A stretch of 64,000 bases of DNA, from assembly GCA_937872345.1 (NCBI GenBank), contig CALMSQ010000253.1, positions 5,672-69,671 on the forward strand, read 5' to 3'. This DNA is from an uncultured Burkholderiales bacterium (GTDB lineage Bacteria > Pseudomonadota > Gammaproteobacteria > Burkholderiales > Burkholderiaceae_E). How positions within the stretch are numbered: position 1 is the first letter of the stretch; every line of letters begins with the position of its first letter. The notes beneath the pieces were generated by a model. That model was not told the DNA's origin, searched no databases, and saw nothing but the letters and a program-made list of their open reading frames with translations. This document shows positions 45,035 through 53,719 of the stretch, one piece after another. The translations under genes were made by a program, and so were the position numbers.

Positions 45035-47005
45035 CTACTCCGCCGCGACCATGGCGGCGGCCGGGATGCCGGCGTTAGATCGCGCCAGCGCGGCGGCGAG
45101 GGGAGGCGAGACGCTGTTGCCGCACATGCGGCCTTGCGCATCCAATGGCAGCATCTTCCGATACGGCCGCCCCTTCCGATCGACCGCGTCGATCTCGATC
45201 TCGATCTTATAGGTGGGCGGAAAGCCCTGGGCGTTGAAGCGCTCCCGCGGCGTCAGCATGCGCATGCCGATGTCGGCGATGTAGTAGGGCTCTCCGCCGA
45301 TCGTGACGGTTACCACCCCATGGCGTGGCTTCGCGGTCACCGTATGCAGGGGAACGTCGACGGGCTGAGAGGGAACGCCGGAGCCGTAATACTTTGCCAG
45401 GAAGGCATAGACCGTCGCGGCGTGATTCCCGCCGGCGGACGACGTCGGTGCCGGTTGATCCACGGGACCATCACGACGATCGGATCCGCGATGATTGATC
45501 AGATGCGCGGCAACGAGCCCCTGCGTGCAGCCCTTGTCGACGATGGTTGAGACCGGCTTCTCGGCGGAGTGACCGACCATGTCGGTGTTGTGCTGGGCGA
45601 GGAAGGCCGCGACGAGGCTGCCGTCGTTGCCGTCCGGAACCAGCGAAGCTGTAGGCACCTCTACCGATCGTGTGCGCGGCTCCTGACCTGGCCGCTCGCC
45701 ATAGCGTGGCACCAGGTAAGGCGCGACGACGCAGGCGTCCGGCTTCGTGGTCTGTGTGCCGACGGGTTCACCGCCGCTTCTCGGCGGGCTCTGCCCCGCC
45801 CGGCCGCCGCACCCGACCAGTACGGGGGCGACAACACCCAGCGGCGATGCACCACCGCTCCCATTCTCCCCGGTGTGAGCGGTGATCGTCGCGAGAGGCT
45901 CTTCCATCGAGTGGCCGGTGGCGCCGCCATTGAACTTGGTGACGAACGGCGTCACGACGGCGTTGGTGTCCTTCTCGCTGGCGGTGACGGTATGCAGCGG
46001 CTCGCCGGCGTCACGGTTGTTGCCGCCCTGCTGGCCGTAGCTGACGAACGGCGTGACCAGGGCGTCGCCACGGGCGCCGGTCGACGTCGGCGCGGGGGAG
46101 TCGACATCGTGCACGCGGCCCCCACTGCCGCCGCCATGGTTGACCTGGACGATGAAGGGCTTCGGCGAATTGACGACGTAACGCATCGTGCCTTTGGCGA
46201 TGCGGGCCATCGTCGCTTCCGCCAGCGGGCGAATCGCACGGATGCCGAACTTCGCCTTGATCTCGGCCGCGGTGTCGAAGATCGAAGGGACCGGCAGTGA
46301 CCAGTCGATGATCTCGGCGGCGGCGCGCCAGCGCAGCAGCCCATCGGCGCCATCTTTGGCGTGCGTCGGCTCCGGCCATGCGATCGGCACGCCGTCGCGG
46401 CGGGCGATCACGAAGAGACGTTTGCGGATCGTAGGGGCGCCGTAATCGCAGGCGCGAAGCTCGCGCCATTCGACGACATACCCCAGCTTGCGCAGCGCCC
46501 TGACCCAGCGCTTGAAGGTGATGCCCTTCGACAGCGGGCAGGGCACCAGTTTGCCGTCCTCGGCCTCGATCAGTGGTCCCCAATCGCTGAATTCCTCGAC
46601 GTTCTCCAGCATGATGATGCGCGGCAAGGTCAGCTTGGCGCAGTGCACCACCACCCAGGCCAGGTCACGGATACCCTTCTCGACCGGCTTGCTGCCCTTG
46701 GCCTTGCTGAAGTGCTTGCAGTCCGGGCTGAACCACCACAGGCCGATCGGCAACAGGCGATATGGAATCCCCAGCGCGGCGCAGCGATGACGTGACGCCA
46801 GCGCCTGGACGTCGCGCGGATCGCCGGTCCAGACGTTTTCGCAGAGGTGCACGGTCTCCGGATGATTCGCGCTGTGCATCGCCACGGCTTCGGCGTCGTG
46901 GTTCTTCGCGACATCCGGCGACCGGCCCAGCGCATCCTCGAGGCCAGTCGACGCACCACCACCGCCGGCGAAGTAGTCGATGATCAACTCGTCATCCCGC
47001 AGCAT
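45035..47005 (-). CDS. DNA cytosine-5 methyltransferase with expanded repetitive variable region
   Basis: YFAGGGGAS, SPDCKHFS, ENVEEF, RKRLF, RMLTPRE..AQGFP and GNSV motifs. Confidence 0.95.
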   Translation of the reverse strand: MLRDDELIIDYFAGGGGASTGLEDALGRSPDVAKNHDAEAVAMHSANHPETVHLCENVWTGDPRDVQALASRHRCAALGIPYRLLPIGLWWFSPDCKHFSKAKGSKPVEKGIRDLAWVVVHCAKLTLPRIIMLENVEEFSDWGPLIEAEDGKLVPCPLSKGITFKRWVRALRKLGYVVEWRELRACDYGAPTIRKRLFVIARRDGVPIAWPEPTHAKDGADGLLRWRAAAEIIDWSLPVPSIFDTAAEIKAKFGIRAIRPLAEATMARIAKGTMRYVVNSPKPFIVQVNHGGGSGGRVHDVDSPAPTSTGARGDALVTPFVSYGQQGGNNRDAGEPLHTVTASEKDTNAVVTPFVTKFNGGATGHSMEEPLATITAHTGENGSGGASPLGVVAPVLVGCGGRAGQSPPRSGGEPVGTQTTKPDACVVAPYLVPRYGERPGQEPRTRSVEVPTASLVPDGNDGSLVAAFLAQHNTDMVGHSAEKPVSTIVDKGCTQGLVAAHLINHRGSDRRDGPVDQPAPTSSAGGNHAATVYAFLAKYYGSGVPSQPVDVPLHTVTAKPRHGVVTVTIGGEPYYIADIGMRMLTPRERFNAQGFPPTYKIEIEIDAVDRKGRPYRKMLPLDAQGRMCGNSVSPPLAAALARSNAGIPAAAMVAAE

Positions 47006-47669
47006 GCGCTTCCCCCAACTCGTCGATTGCTCTTGGTGTCGGCCTGAACTTGCCGAGCTCGTCGCCGAAGCCATCCCAGCCCGGGCGGACCTGGCGCGAG
47101 AAGATGTCGGCCCTGGGCCCGTCGCAGTAGCGCTCCATCCGGGCATAGGCCTCGTCGGGCTTGCGGCTGTGCTCGAGCACCGGCGCCAGAATGACCTCGT
47201 GCACGCTCTTGCTGATCCGCTTCGGCTTGCCGGTCTTGAACAGCCAGAGATCCTCGGCGTTCTTGCGGGTCGTGAAGCCCATGCCGGTGGCGAGATCGGC
47301 GCCGACGTCGCGCACGACGCGGAGCTGGCGGGGATCGAAGGAGCGCTTCAGCTTGATCCAGATCCAGCCGCGGCCGCTGAAGCGCAGGCGCAGCGCCTTG
47401 GCGACCGCGAAGGCCGACGGCGCCTTGGCGCCGGTGCACCACATCCCCCACCAGCAGCCCTCGGGGTGACCGAGATCGGCGATGGCGCGGCCCAGCGCCA
47501 TGATCTCGCGGTCCCGCATCCTCTTGTAGTGCTGCGGCCGCCCCTTCTTGCCGCCCGACCACCACCACGGGAAGTCGATCATCCCGCAGCGGTACTCACC
47601 GCGCTGCGGCATCGCCTTCAGCTTGGCGATCGTGTCGGCGACGAGGGCGTTGTCGAAGGAGGCCGTCAT
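46992..47669 (-). CDS. MT-A70 family N6-adenine methyltransferase
   Basis: IDFPW (DPPW variant), HYKRM, WIK, GMGFTTRKNAE, EHSRKPDE, DIFSRQ.RPGWDGFGDE. Confidence 0.88.
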   Translation of the reverse strand: MTASFDNALVADTIAKLKAMPQRGEYRCGMIDFPWWWSGGKKGRPQHYKRMRDREIMALGRAIADLGHPEGCWWGMWCTGAKAPSAFAVAKALRLRFSGRGWIWIKLKRSFDPRQLRVVRDVGADLATGMGFTTRKNAEDLWLFKTGKPKRISKSVHEVILAPVLEHSRKPDEAYARMERYCDGPRADIFSRQVRPGWDGFGDELGKFRPTPRAIDELGEAHAAG

Positions 47670-47893
47670 CGCCGCCGCCTCTCGCCGCCGCGGAACATCA
47701 CGGCGTTGAGCACACCGGCCAGCAGATCGATGCCACGCTCGATCGACGCCGATATCTCGCCCATCCGCGTCGTGTCGATCTGGACAGGCTGCGGCGGCGG
47801 ACCGTTCTTCGCCTTGCGCTGCGCCCGCGTCATCGGTGGCGCGCCAGCTGCTCCGGCACGATGGCGAGGCGGCATCCTGTTGCGGCTGCTCAT
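47666..47893 (-). CDS. Hypothetical protein
   Basis: Coupled to the MT-A70 start. Confidence 0.5.
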   Translation of the reverse strand: MSSRNRMPPRHRAGAAGAPPMTRAQRKAKNGPPPQPVQIDTTRMGEISASIERGIDLLAGVLNAVMFRGGERRRR

Positions 47894-47933
47894 GGTCCAG
47901 CCGATCCCCGGCGACGGTCGGCGCGCGGCACGA

Positions 47934-48167
47934 TCATGACGGCGCCCCCGCCCGGCGCTGTGCCCTGGTGCGGTGATCGCGCTCGAGCACCGTCGGCTGG
48001 ATCGCCGTGACGCGGTAATGCCGCAGCTGATCGCCGCGTCCCCAGTGCAGCCAGTCGCCGGTGACCAGCCCAAAACTCGCCAGCGTGATTTCTTCACCCG
48101 ACGGCGGCGGCGGCGCCATGAAGCGGTGGATGGCGGTTGCTGGTCGTGGTGCGGCGATCCGGATCAC
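47934..48167 (-). CDS. Hypothetical protein
   Basis: GTGA coupling to the DUF1064 gene. Confidence 0.45.
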   Translation of the reverse strand: MIRIAAPRPATAIHRFMAPPPPSGEEITLASFGLVTGDWLHWGRGDQLRHYRVTAIQPTVLERDHRTRAQRRAGAPS

Positions 48168-48565
48168 GACAGCACCCAGACGTAGTGCGGGTACAGCGCC
48201 TGGCAGAGCTCCCACTTGATCTTGAAGTCCCGCGTCTTGAAGCCCTTCGGATCTTCGATGACGCGCTTCCAGACGCCCTTGATCTCGCGCCAGTAGTCGA
48301 GGTCGCCGACGTAGGTCGCGATAAGCCGCTCGTTGACGACCAGCGGGAACTTGGTCTGGCGCTTGAGGTCGCGGATCGTGCCGGCGCGCTCCTCGAGGAG
48401 CCGCTCCTGGTAGCGGTCGGCCTCCTTGGCGCTGTCGAGCAGCTCGGCGCCGACCAGCGTCGGCGTGTTGCCGTACTTCCGGGGCCGCGGCGGTACCGCC
48501 GACGACTTGTCGTCGCCGCGCGCCACCATGGCGCGGTACTGGGCGACGCTCATGGTCTCGGTCAT
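48164..48565 (-). CDS. DUF1064-family putative endonuclease/resolvase
   Basis: KYGN...DSAKEADRY..L...LKRQ.KF...YVGD..Y...IEDPKG..T..FKIK. Confidence 0.85.
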   Translation of the reverse strand: MTETMSVAQYRAMVARGDDKSSAVPPRPRKYGNTPTLVGAELLDSAKEADRYQERLLEERAGTIRDLKRQTKFPLVVNERLIATYVGDLDYWREIKGVWKRVIEDPKGFKTRDFKIKWELCQALYPHYVWVLS

Positions 48566-49152
48566 TGTGGTGGCCGGCAGTCGGCAGTAGGCGCAGAGGG
48601 TCCGCAGACTCTCCACGAGAGGAGAGGCCCGGGATCAATTTTGCCGAGGCTGCGGAGGCGCTCAATCTCGGCAGCGAGCGCCGGCGTCATTCGGAACCAC
48701 TCGTTGTGGTGGCGGTCCGCTGAAAACCGCCGGTGCAGTTCAGCCTCTTCGGCTTCTCCTGCGTCCACCAACAGTAAGGTTTTGATGCTGGTTGATGACT
48801 GCCGCCGGATCGACCGTAGCCGCGCGCGCGCCTTCTCGGAGAAGCCGATCTTGACCAACCCGGTCGCCTCGCATTGGAGGAAGTAGATCGTCCCTCGGAC
48901 CGCAGGTGGGCGCGAGCCTCCCAACGTGCGCGTCACTGCTGTCTGCCACATCGACTCGCTGCTGAGAGCACGGGCTCGCCGGAGCGATTTGATGTTTCGA
49001 TCACTGACGCCCTCACAGCGGAGCGTCGCCAGAATGGCGGATGTCTCCGCGTCGATTTCTTCGAGGCGCCGCTGTAGCGGCTCGAGGCGTCGCAGGAAGC
49101 CGACCAACCGAGCCGCTGCAGCGCGCCGCGCTTCCGTTTCAGTGGGTGACAT
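48562..49152 (-). CDS. GIY-YIG (T5orf172-like) protein with GapR-like N-terminus
   Basis: IYFLQ..TGLVKIGFS...RL..I...E.ELHRRF...NEWF; N-terminal RLVGFLRRLEPL...IDAE..AI......G. Confidence 0.8.
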   Translation of the reverse strand: MSPTETEARRAAAARLVGFLRRLEPLQRRLEEIDAETSAILATLRCEGVSDRNIKSLRRARALSSESMWQTAVTRTLGGSRPPAVRGTIYFLQCEATGLVKIGFSEKARARLRSIRRQSSTSIKTLLLVDAGEAEEAELHRRFSADRHHNEWFRMTPALAAEIERLRSLGKIDPGPLLSWRVCGPSAPTADCRPPQ

Positions 49153-49687
49153 CGCCGCGCCCTCCTGGCGTCGATGCCGAAGACGCAGAATCCTGGTCCG
49201 CGTCCTCACTGTCCGCTGCCCCGTGATGCTGCGGGGCAGTTTGGTTTGCCTTCATCGCCTGAAGAATTCGCGCCACGTTGGACTTCGAAAGGCCCGTGGT
49301 GGCCGCCACTGCCCTGGTGCTGTTGCCCTTCCCAAGAAGCTCGATCGCCTGCACGGCACGCTTGTCGAGAGCGTCGCCATCGACGATCTCGACCGTCGCG
49401 CCGGCGCCGCTCGATCCCGAATCCATCCCCAGCGCCTGGCGGTAGACGTCGAGGATGGCCTCCTGCTCGTCGCGGTCCGCGGCGTCCATCTTTCGCAGCG
49501 CGATCAGCTTGCGCATCGTCTTGACGTCGAAGCCGCCGCCCTTGGCCTCGCTGTAGACGTCGCGGATGTCGCCGCCGATCGCCTTGCGCTCCTCCTCGAG
49601 CTTCTCGATGCGCTCGATGAACGACTTCAGGCGCTGCGCCGAGATGTTGCCCGGCTTCGTCTTGATCGGTCGGCTGGTATCGGACAT
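49139..49687 (-). CDS. gapR: GapR/DUF2312 nucleoid-associated protein with C-terminal HTH
   Basis: RLKSFIERIEKLEEERKAIGGDIRDVYSEAKGGGFDVKTMRKLIALRKMD...Y.QALGM; extra STRAVAATTGLSKSNVARI HTH. Confidence 0.88.
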   Translation of the reverse strand: MSDTSRPIKTKPGNISAQRLKSFIERIEKLEEERKAIGGDIRDVYSEAKGGGFDVKTMRKLIALRKMDAADRDEQEAILDVYRQALGMDSGSSGAGATVEIVDGDALDKRAVQAIELLGKGNSTRAVAATTGLSKSNVARILQAMKANQTAPQHHGAADSEDADQDSASSASTPGGRGDVTH

Positions 49688-49829
49688 CGCGCGGGGTACC
49701 TGGGGGACTGGGAGTGTGGGTGGTGGTGACCGAAAGGACCGCGGGGCAACCGGGTGTGTGGAGAGCGGATTGCCCCGCGGCCGAGTCGCGGTCTCCGGCG
49801 GCCGCGTTTGGGGCCGCAGGCACCGGAGC

Positions 49830-50006
49830 TCAGGGCAGGGCGTAGAGGACGCCCGGCATGTAGAAGAGGAGGACGCCGCCGAACTGGGCGACCAGGGCGA
49901 GGGCCTCGCGATCCGTGGGATGCAGGGCGTCCCAGCGCTTCCGCATCGCCAGCCAGGCGGCCCGCCAGTGCCAGCGGCTCAGCTCGACGATCTGGACATC
50001 GGTCAT
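49830..50006 (-). CDS. Small membrane protein
   Basis: GGAGG RBS; C-terminal hydrophobic segment. Confidence 0.55.
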   Translation of the reverse strand: MTDVQIVELSRWHWRAAWLAMRKRWDALHPTDREALALVAQFGGVLLFYMPGVLYALP

Positions 50007-50008
50007 GA

Positions 50009-50338
50009 TCAGCGTCCCTCCTGCTGATGGCTGCGCAGCGCAGTGACCTCGGCCTCGAGATCCGCGATGCGCCGGCGCTGCGCCGCGGTTTCGCTTTCCA
50101 GCTCGAGCAGCCGGCCCGACGCGGCCTTGAGATCGCGCTCGTCGTTGCAGTGCCGCTGATTGGCGGCGCGCAGGTATTCGATGCAGTCGATGGCATCGCG
50201 CGCGTCGCCGTTGGTCGACCACCACGCCGCGAGATCGGCGCCTTCGGCCACGGTCACCGGGATCTCGGCCTCGAGGCGCAGCAGCACATCCGGCTTCTGG
50301 GGCGCCACCGCCGCGAGATCTGGCCGGACCTCGCTCAT
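50009..50338 (-). CDS. Hypothetical coiled-coil protein
   Basis: Coupled ORF. Confidence 0.6.
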   Translation of the reverse strand: MSEVRPDLAAVAPQKPDVLLRLEAEIPVTVAEGADLAAWWSTNGDARDAIDCIEYLRAANQRHCNDERDLKAASGRLLELESETAAQRRRIADLEAEVTALRSHQQEGR

Positions 50339-50628
50339 GCCGGCACCCAGTCGGTGACGACGATGCCGTTCTCGACCCGGTTCTCGAAGTAGCCCTGGGC
50401 GATGATCTCGCCGGTCTCCGGATCGATCCGCGTGATGAGATGGCTGCGGCCGCTTTGCACCCAGCGAGACGGATCTGGCGCTGCCGCGGCGCGCGCGGGA
50501 CGGTAGTCATCCTCCTCGACATGCGCCGGCGCCGGCATCGCGGCCCGCCTGTCGCGCGCCAGCTGCTTGCCGAGGCGCATGCGCTCCGCATAGACCTTCT
50601 TCTCGGCGTCGCTCCAGCCACGCGTCAT
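50335..50628 (-). CDS. Hypothetical protein
   Basis: Coupled ORF with high-GC3 codon usage. Confidence 0.6.
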   Translation of the reverse strand: MTRGWSDAEKKVYAERMRLGKQLARDRRAAMPAPAHVEEDDYRPARAAAAPDPSRWVQSGRSHLITRIDPETGEIIAQGYFENRVENGIVVTDWVPA

Positions 50629-50631
50629 CTC

Positions 50632-50739
50632 TCACGGCCTCCGACGCTGCTTGAGCAGCGCGCAGACGACGGCCAGCACGAACACGACAGGCGGGGCCAT
50701 CAGCAGGGCAATGGCGATGTCGGCGGCGTCGCGGTTCAT
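50632..50739 (-). CDS. 35-aa single-TM peptide
   Basis: MNRDAADIAIALLMAPPVVFVLAVVCALLKQRRRP; ATGA overlap. Confidence 0.5.
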   Translation of the reverse strand: MNRDAADIAIALLMAPPVVFVLAVVCALLKQRRRP

Positions 50740-51164
50740 GAGCGCCCCGGAATCGGATCGCCGGCGAGCGTCAGCGCCGCGGCCTGGCGCCGGCGTTCGG
50801 CTTCCTGGCGGCGCTGCTCGTCCTTGCGCTGCTCGCGGTCGCGCTCGACGGCCGCACGGTGATCGCTGTCGAGCACGCCGCGCTTCGTGGCATGGGCCGG
50901 CTGGCGCAGCCGGCCGGTGCCGGTCAGCTTGATCTTGCGCTTGTGCGCCGCGGCGGCGATCGCCTTGCGCTCCGCCCGCGTCGTGATCGTCCTGCCGCCC
51001 GATGTCTTCGGCTTCGCCGCCGGTTTCGGTGGCGCGGGGGACGGAACAGGAGCGGGAGTCCCGACCGCCTGGCCGTCATGCGCCATGGCGGACGCGATCG
51101 CCGCGCCTGCTCCCATGGCCGACGCGATCAGTCCGGCGCTGCGCGCGTTACGCTGGTTTCCCAT
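50736..51164 (-). CDS. Hypothetical basic protein
   Basis: GGGAGA RBS; Arg/Ala-rich. Confidence 0.6.
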   Translation of the reverse strand: MGNQRNARSAGLIASAMGAGAAIASAMAHDGQAVGTPAPVPSPAPPKPAAKPKTSGGRTITTRAERKAIAAAAHKRKIKLTGTGRLRQPAHATKRGVLDSDHRAAVERDREQRKDEQRRQEAERRRQAAALTLAGDPIPGRS

Positions 51165-51272
51165 TTCTCCCGATCCCGCAATCGTGTGCCGGTTTCTCGA
51201 TATGTGGACCGGCTGGTCAGTCTTCTTCGTCGCCTGGGCCGCGCGCTTCCCCGCGCGACCTCGCGTTGCACG

Positions 51273-52001
51273 TCATGCCGCCTGTGCCGGCGGCTTCCAG
51301 TTCCAGATGTCTTCGGTGGCCGTCGATCCCTCGACGCCGGGCAGGTAGCGGCCGTCGACCTTGTCGGGCCGCACGTACTTCGCCATGAAGTTGAAGGCGC
51401 CATCGGTCTCGACGCGCCACACCGCACCCTCGACGGGATCCAGCGCGCCGTCGGGGCTCGGGAACTTGTCGATCAGCCGCATCGCATGCTCGATCGACAT
51501 CGGCAGGACGGACGACAGCGTGCGCGGCGTCGGCAGGCCGGCGGTGACCATGCGATTCCACGCCGCCATGTAGGGTAGCCGCTGCTGGTCCCGGATCATG
51601 TCGAAGGCGACGAAGGGACCGCGCGGCAGCGTGTAGCGGGTGCCGTGTGCGACGGCGAGCCACTCGCCGACGACGCGCTCCCCGGGCTTCAGCAGGCCGG
51701 CGAACATCTTCTCGTGCTCCATCACCCAGGCGTGGAAGGCGTGGTGCATCGGCCGCACGGAGTCCTTCGCGGCGTAGCCGGCGCGGATCAGTGGAACGAT
51801 GGCGCCATCGACGTTGGCAACGGCGACGCAGGACCCGTCGAGCTTCTCGGTGACCCAGACGACGTCGCCGAGCCTGGCCTTCTTGGTCGCGATCTCTTCC
51901 TGGCCGGCGTGGCAGTGGTGGTCGCCGGCGCCGAGCCGGGAGCCCGGCAGATGCGGGATCGAGCCGTAGGCCTTGCCGGCGAGGGGCTTGGTGGCTGTCA
52001 T
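51273..52001 (-). CDS. ATP-dependent RNA ligase-family nucleotidyltransferase
   Basis: Y.SIPHLPGS, motif I TEKLDGS, GEWL, FVAFD, EGAVWR and AKYVR. Confidence 0.85.
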   Translation of the reverse strand: MTATKPLAGKAYGSIPHLPGSRLGAGDHHCHAGQEEIATKKARLGDVVWVTEKLDGSCVAVANVDGAIVPLIRAGYAAKDSVRPMHHAFHAWVMEHEKMFAGLLKPGERVVGEWLAVAHGTRYTLPRGPFVAFDMIRDQQRLPYMAAWNRMVTAGLPTPRTLSSVLPMSIEHAMRLIDKFPSPDGALDPVEGAVWRVETDGAFNFMAKYVRPDKVDGRYLPGVEGSTATEDIWNWKPPAQAA

Positions 52002-52324
52002 GGCGTCTTCATCCCCCCATCGCCTTTGAGAAGGGCGCGCGTCTCGAGGAGGGCACGGCGCAGCTCGGCGATGCGCTCGACGAGGCCGAGCTCGGCGTGC
52101 AGCGGGGAGATGTCCCAGAACCACCAGCCGACACGGAACGTGGCGACAAAGAGATCGGGCTGATCGGCGGCGTCGCGGCCGATGCCGACCCAGCGGCCTG
52201 CGGGCCTGACGAGACGACGGCGATCGCGTACCGCCTCGACCCAGCCGATGGACGCCGGCGCCGGCGGATCATCGTCTGGCGGATCCGGGACCGGGGGCAG
52301 GGGGAAGAGCGCATCACCGGTCAC
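51998..52324 (-). CDS. Hypothetical protein
   Basis: Coupled to the RNA ligase start. Confidence 0.5.
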   Translation of the reverse strand: MTGDALFPLPPVPDPPDDDPPAPASIGWVEAVRDRRRLVRPAGRWVGIGRDAADQPDLFVATFRVGWWFWDISPLHAELGLVERIAELRRALLETRALLKGDGGMKTP

Positions 52325-52673
52325 GGACCCTGAGCCCACCCAGCGAGAGGTCCAGCGTCTCCAGCGCCTTCAGCGTGACGTCGGCCTGGGCGAGATCGGC
52401 GCGCCCGGCCAGCTCGAGGACCTCGCCGGCGAGCTCGCGGTCCTGCAGCATCGACAGGATGTATCGCGCCTGTGGCGCCGCGGTGCCGGCGAGCCAGTTC
52501 TCGGCGGTGCGCTCCGACACCTTGCAGGCCCGGGCGACGCGCTTGGCGCCGAAGCGGTTCAGCCGTGCCGCGAGTCCCTGGCAGACATCCCAGGTCGTCA
52601 GCGCAGGCATGGCGGCGGCGGCGCTCACGTTGCGGCCCCCGCGAAAAACTTGCGTATTCCTCTCCGCAGACAT
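52314..52673 (-). CDS. CII-like HTH regulator
   Basis: AKRVARACKVSERTAENWLAG..AP; located downstream of cro. Confidence 0.7.
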   Translation of the reverse strand: MSAERNTQVFRGGRNVSAAAAMPALTTWDVCQGLAARLNRFGAKRVARACKVSERTAENWLAGTAAPQARYILSMLQDRELAGEVLELAGRADLAQADVTLKALETLDLSLGGLRVRDR

Positions 52674-52705
52674 GGTCTCGGTCCCTCGCGCATAAACGAC
52701 GCGCG

Positions 52706-53077
52706 ATGGACAGCACGGACATCCACTTCGAAGACGACACCTGGCAGCAGGCCGGCAAGCTCGTGGCCATGATCGTCGAGGCACTGCGCGGGAAGACCGG
52801 AGGCATGGTTGACGCCATGCCCTCCGATCCCGTGACGAGCCTGCCCGCCGATGCCCGCACATCGACCAGCATTGGAGAAGACGGCGCGATCAGCGCATCG
52901 TTGCCTCCCGATCGTCGGATCCTGCATGCGCCGCGATCCCGGCATGCCAGCGGGGCGAGCGGCCATGCGCTCGACGCGGTACTCGGAAGAGAAGGAACCG
53001 GGTGCCCATACTGTTACGCGGGCACCCGGCGAAGAGCAGCCACCTTGGGGGAAGCGGCTGCGGGGGAACTCCTGTGA
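52706..53077 (+). CDS. Possible small antisense-orientation protein
   Basis: MDSTDIHFEDDTWQQAGKLVAMIVEAL; first about 50 codons have genome-like GC3. Confidence 0.3.
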   Translation: MDSTDIHFEDDTWQQAGKLVAMIVEALRGKTGGMVDAMPSDPVTSLPADARTSTSIGEDGAISASLPPDRRILHAPRSRHASGASGHALDAVLGREGTGCPYCYAGTRRRAATLGEAAAGELL

Positions 53078-53379
53078 CGCCACCACGATCCCGTCGCGGC
53101 AACCACGGCGGCGAGGAGCGCGCGGCGCTTCACGCCGTTGCTCCGCCGGCGCGCGGGCCACCAGGATCGGGAGACCACCATGAACCAGTGCACGACGACG
53201 GGACGGCGCTGCGGACGCGACTGCCCGGGCCGCGCCGCCGCGGCGCGATCCGTCCAGATTGGACGCATCGGAAAAGCGCGGACAACGCGGACATCCGGAT
53301 TGAACGCGATGAGGCGTGCACGGGTGGTGGAACCGCGCGATAGTTCGCGCCGGCGCCGGGGAGGGAGACCTGCGCGCCA

Positions 53380-53607
53380 TCACGCAGCCACACGACGGTC
53401 GGCCTGGTCCTTGACCCGGTTCGACAGGAAATCAGGGGGGAGTTTCTTCCGCAGCGAACGCGCGAGCTCCGCGAACTCGGACCGCCGGCGCCACGGGATT
53501 CCGCGATACCGCCACTTCTTCACGGCCTCGAATTCAAGACCGAGCGCTGCGGCAACGGCTTCCGTGCCGCCGAGGCGATCGATCAGGCTGGCGTCCGAAT
53601 CGTTCAT
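53380..53607 (-). CDS. Cro-like repressor
   Basis: LIDRLGGTEAVAAALG....AVKKWRYRGIP; divergent from the CI-like gene. Confidence 0.85.
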   Translation of the reverse strand: MNDSDASLIDRLGGTEAVAAALGLEFEAVKKWRYRGIPWRRRSEFAELARSLRKKLPPDFLSNRVKDQADRRVAA

Positions 53608-53615
53608 GGCGCGGG

Positions 53616-53686
53616 ATGATAGGGACAATCTGTCCCTATCGCAAGTCCCGCGTTCGGCCGCTGTGAGTTAGGGACGCATTGTCCCC
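53616..53686. promoter_or_regulatory. OR/PR: two operators and a short-leader cro promoter
   Basis: GATAGGGACA-ATC-TGTCCCTATC (53618-53640) and degenerate AGGGACGCATTGTCCCC (53670-53686); minus strand TTGCGA-N17-TATCAT 8 nt before the cro ATG. Confidence 0.85.
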
Positions 53687-53719
53687 AGCATTTTACGCTG
53701 GGGGCGGCGAGAATGGCCC

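Noticed and set aside
8780-45037. Genome-wide amber (TAG) reassignment
   Set aside because: TAG ends several genes right before the next start or at convergent ends (8780, 12754, 20959, 45035), no suppressor tRNA is seen, and only one internal TAG was noticed
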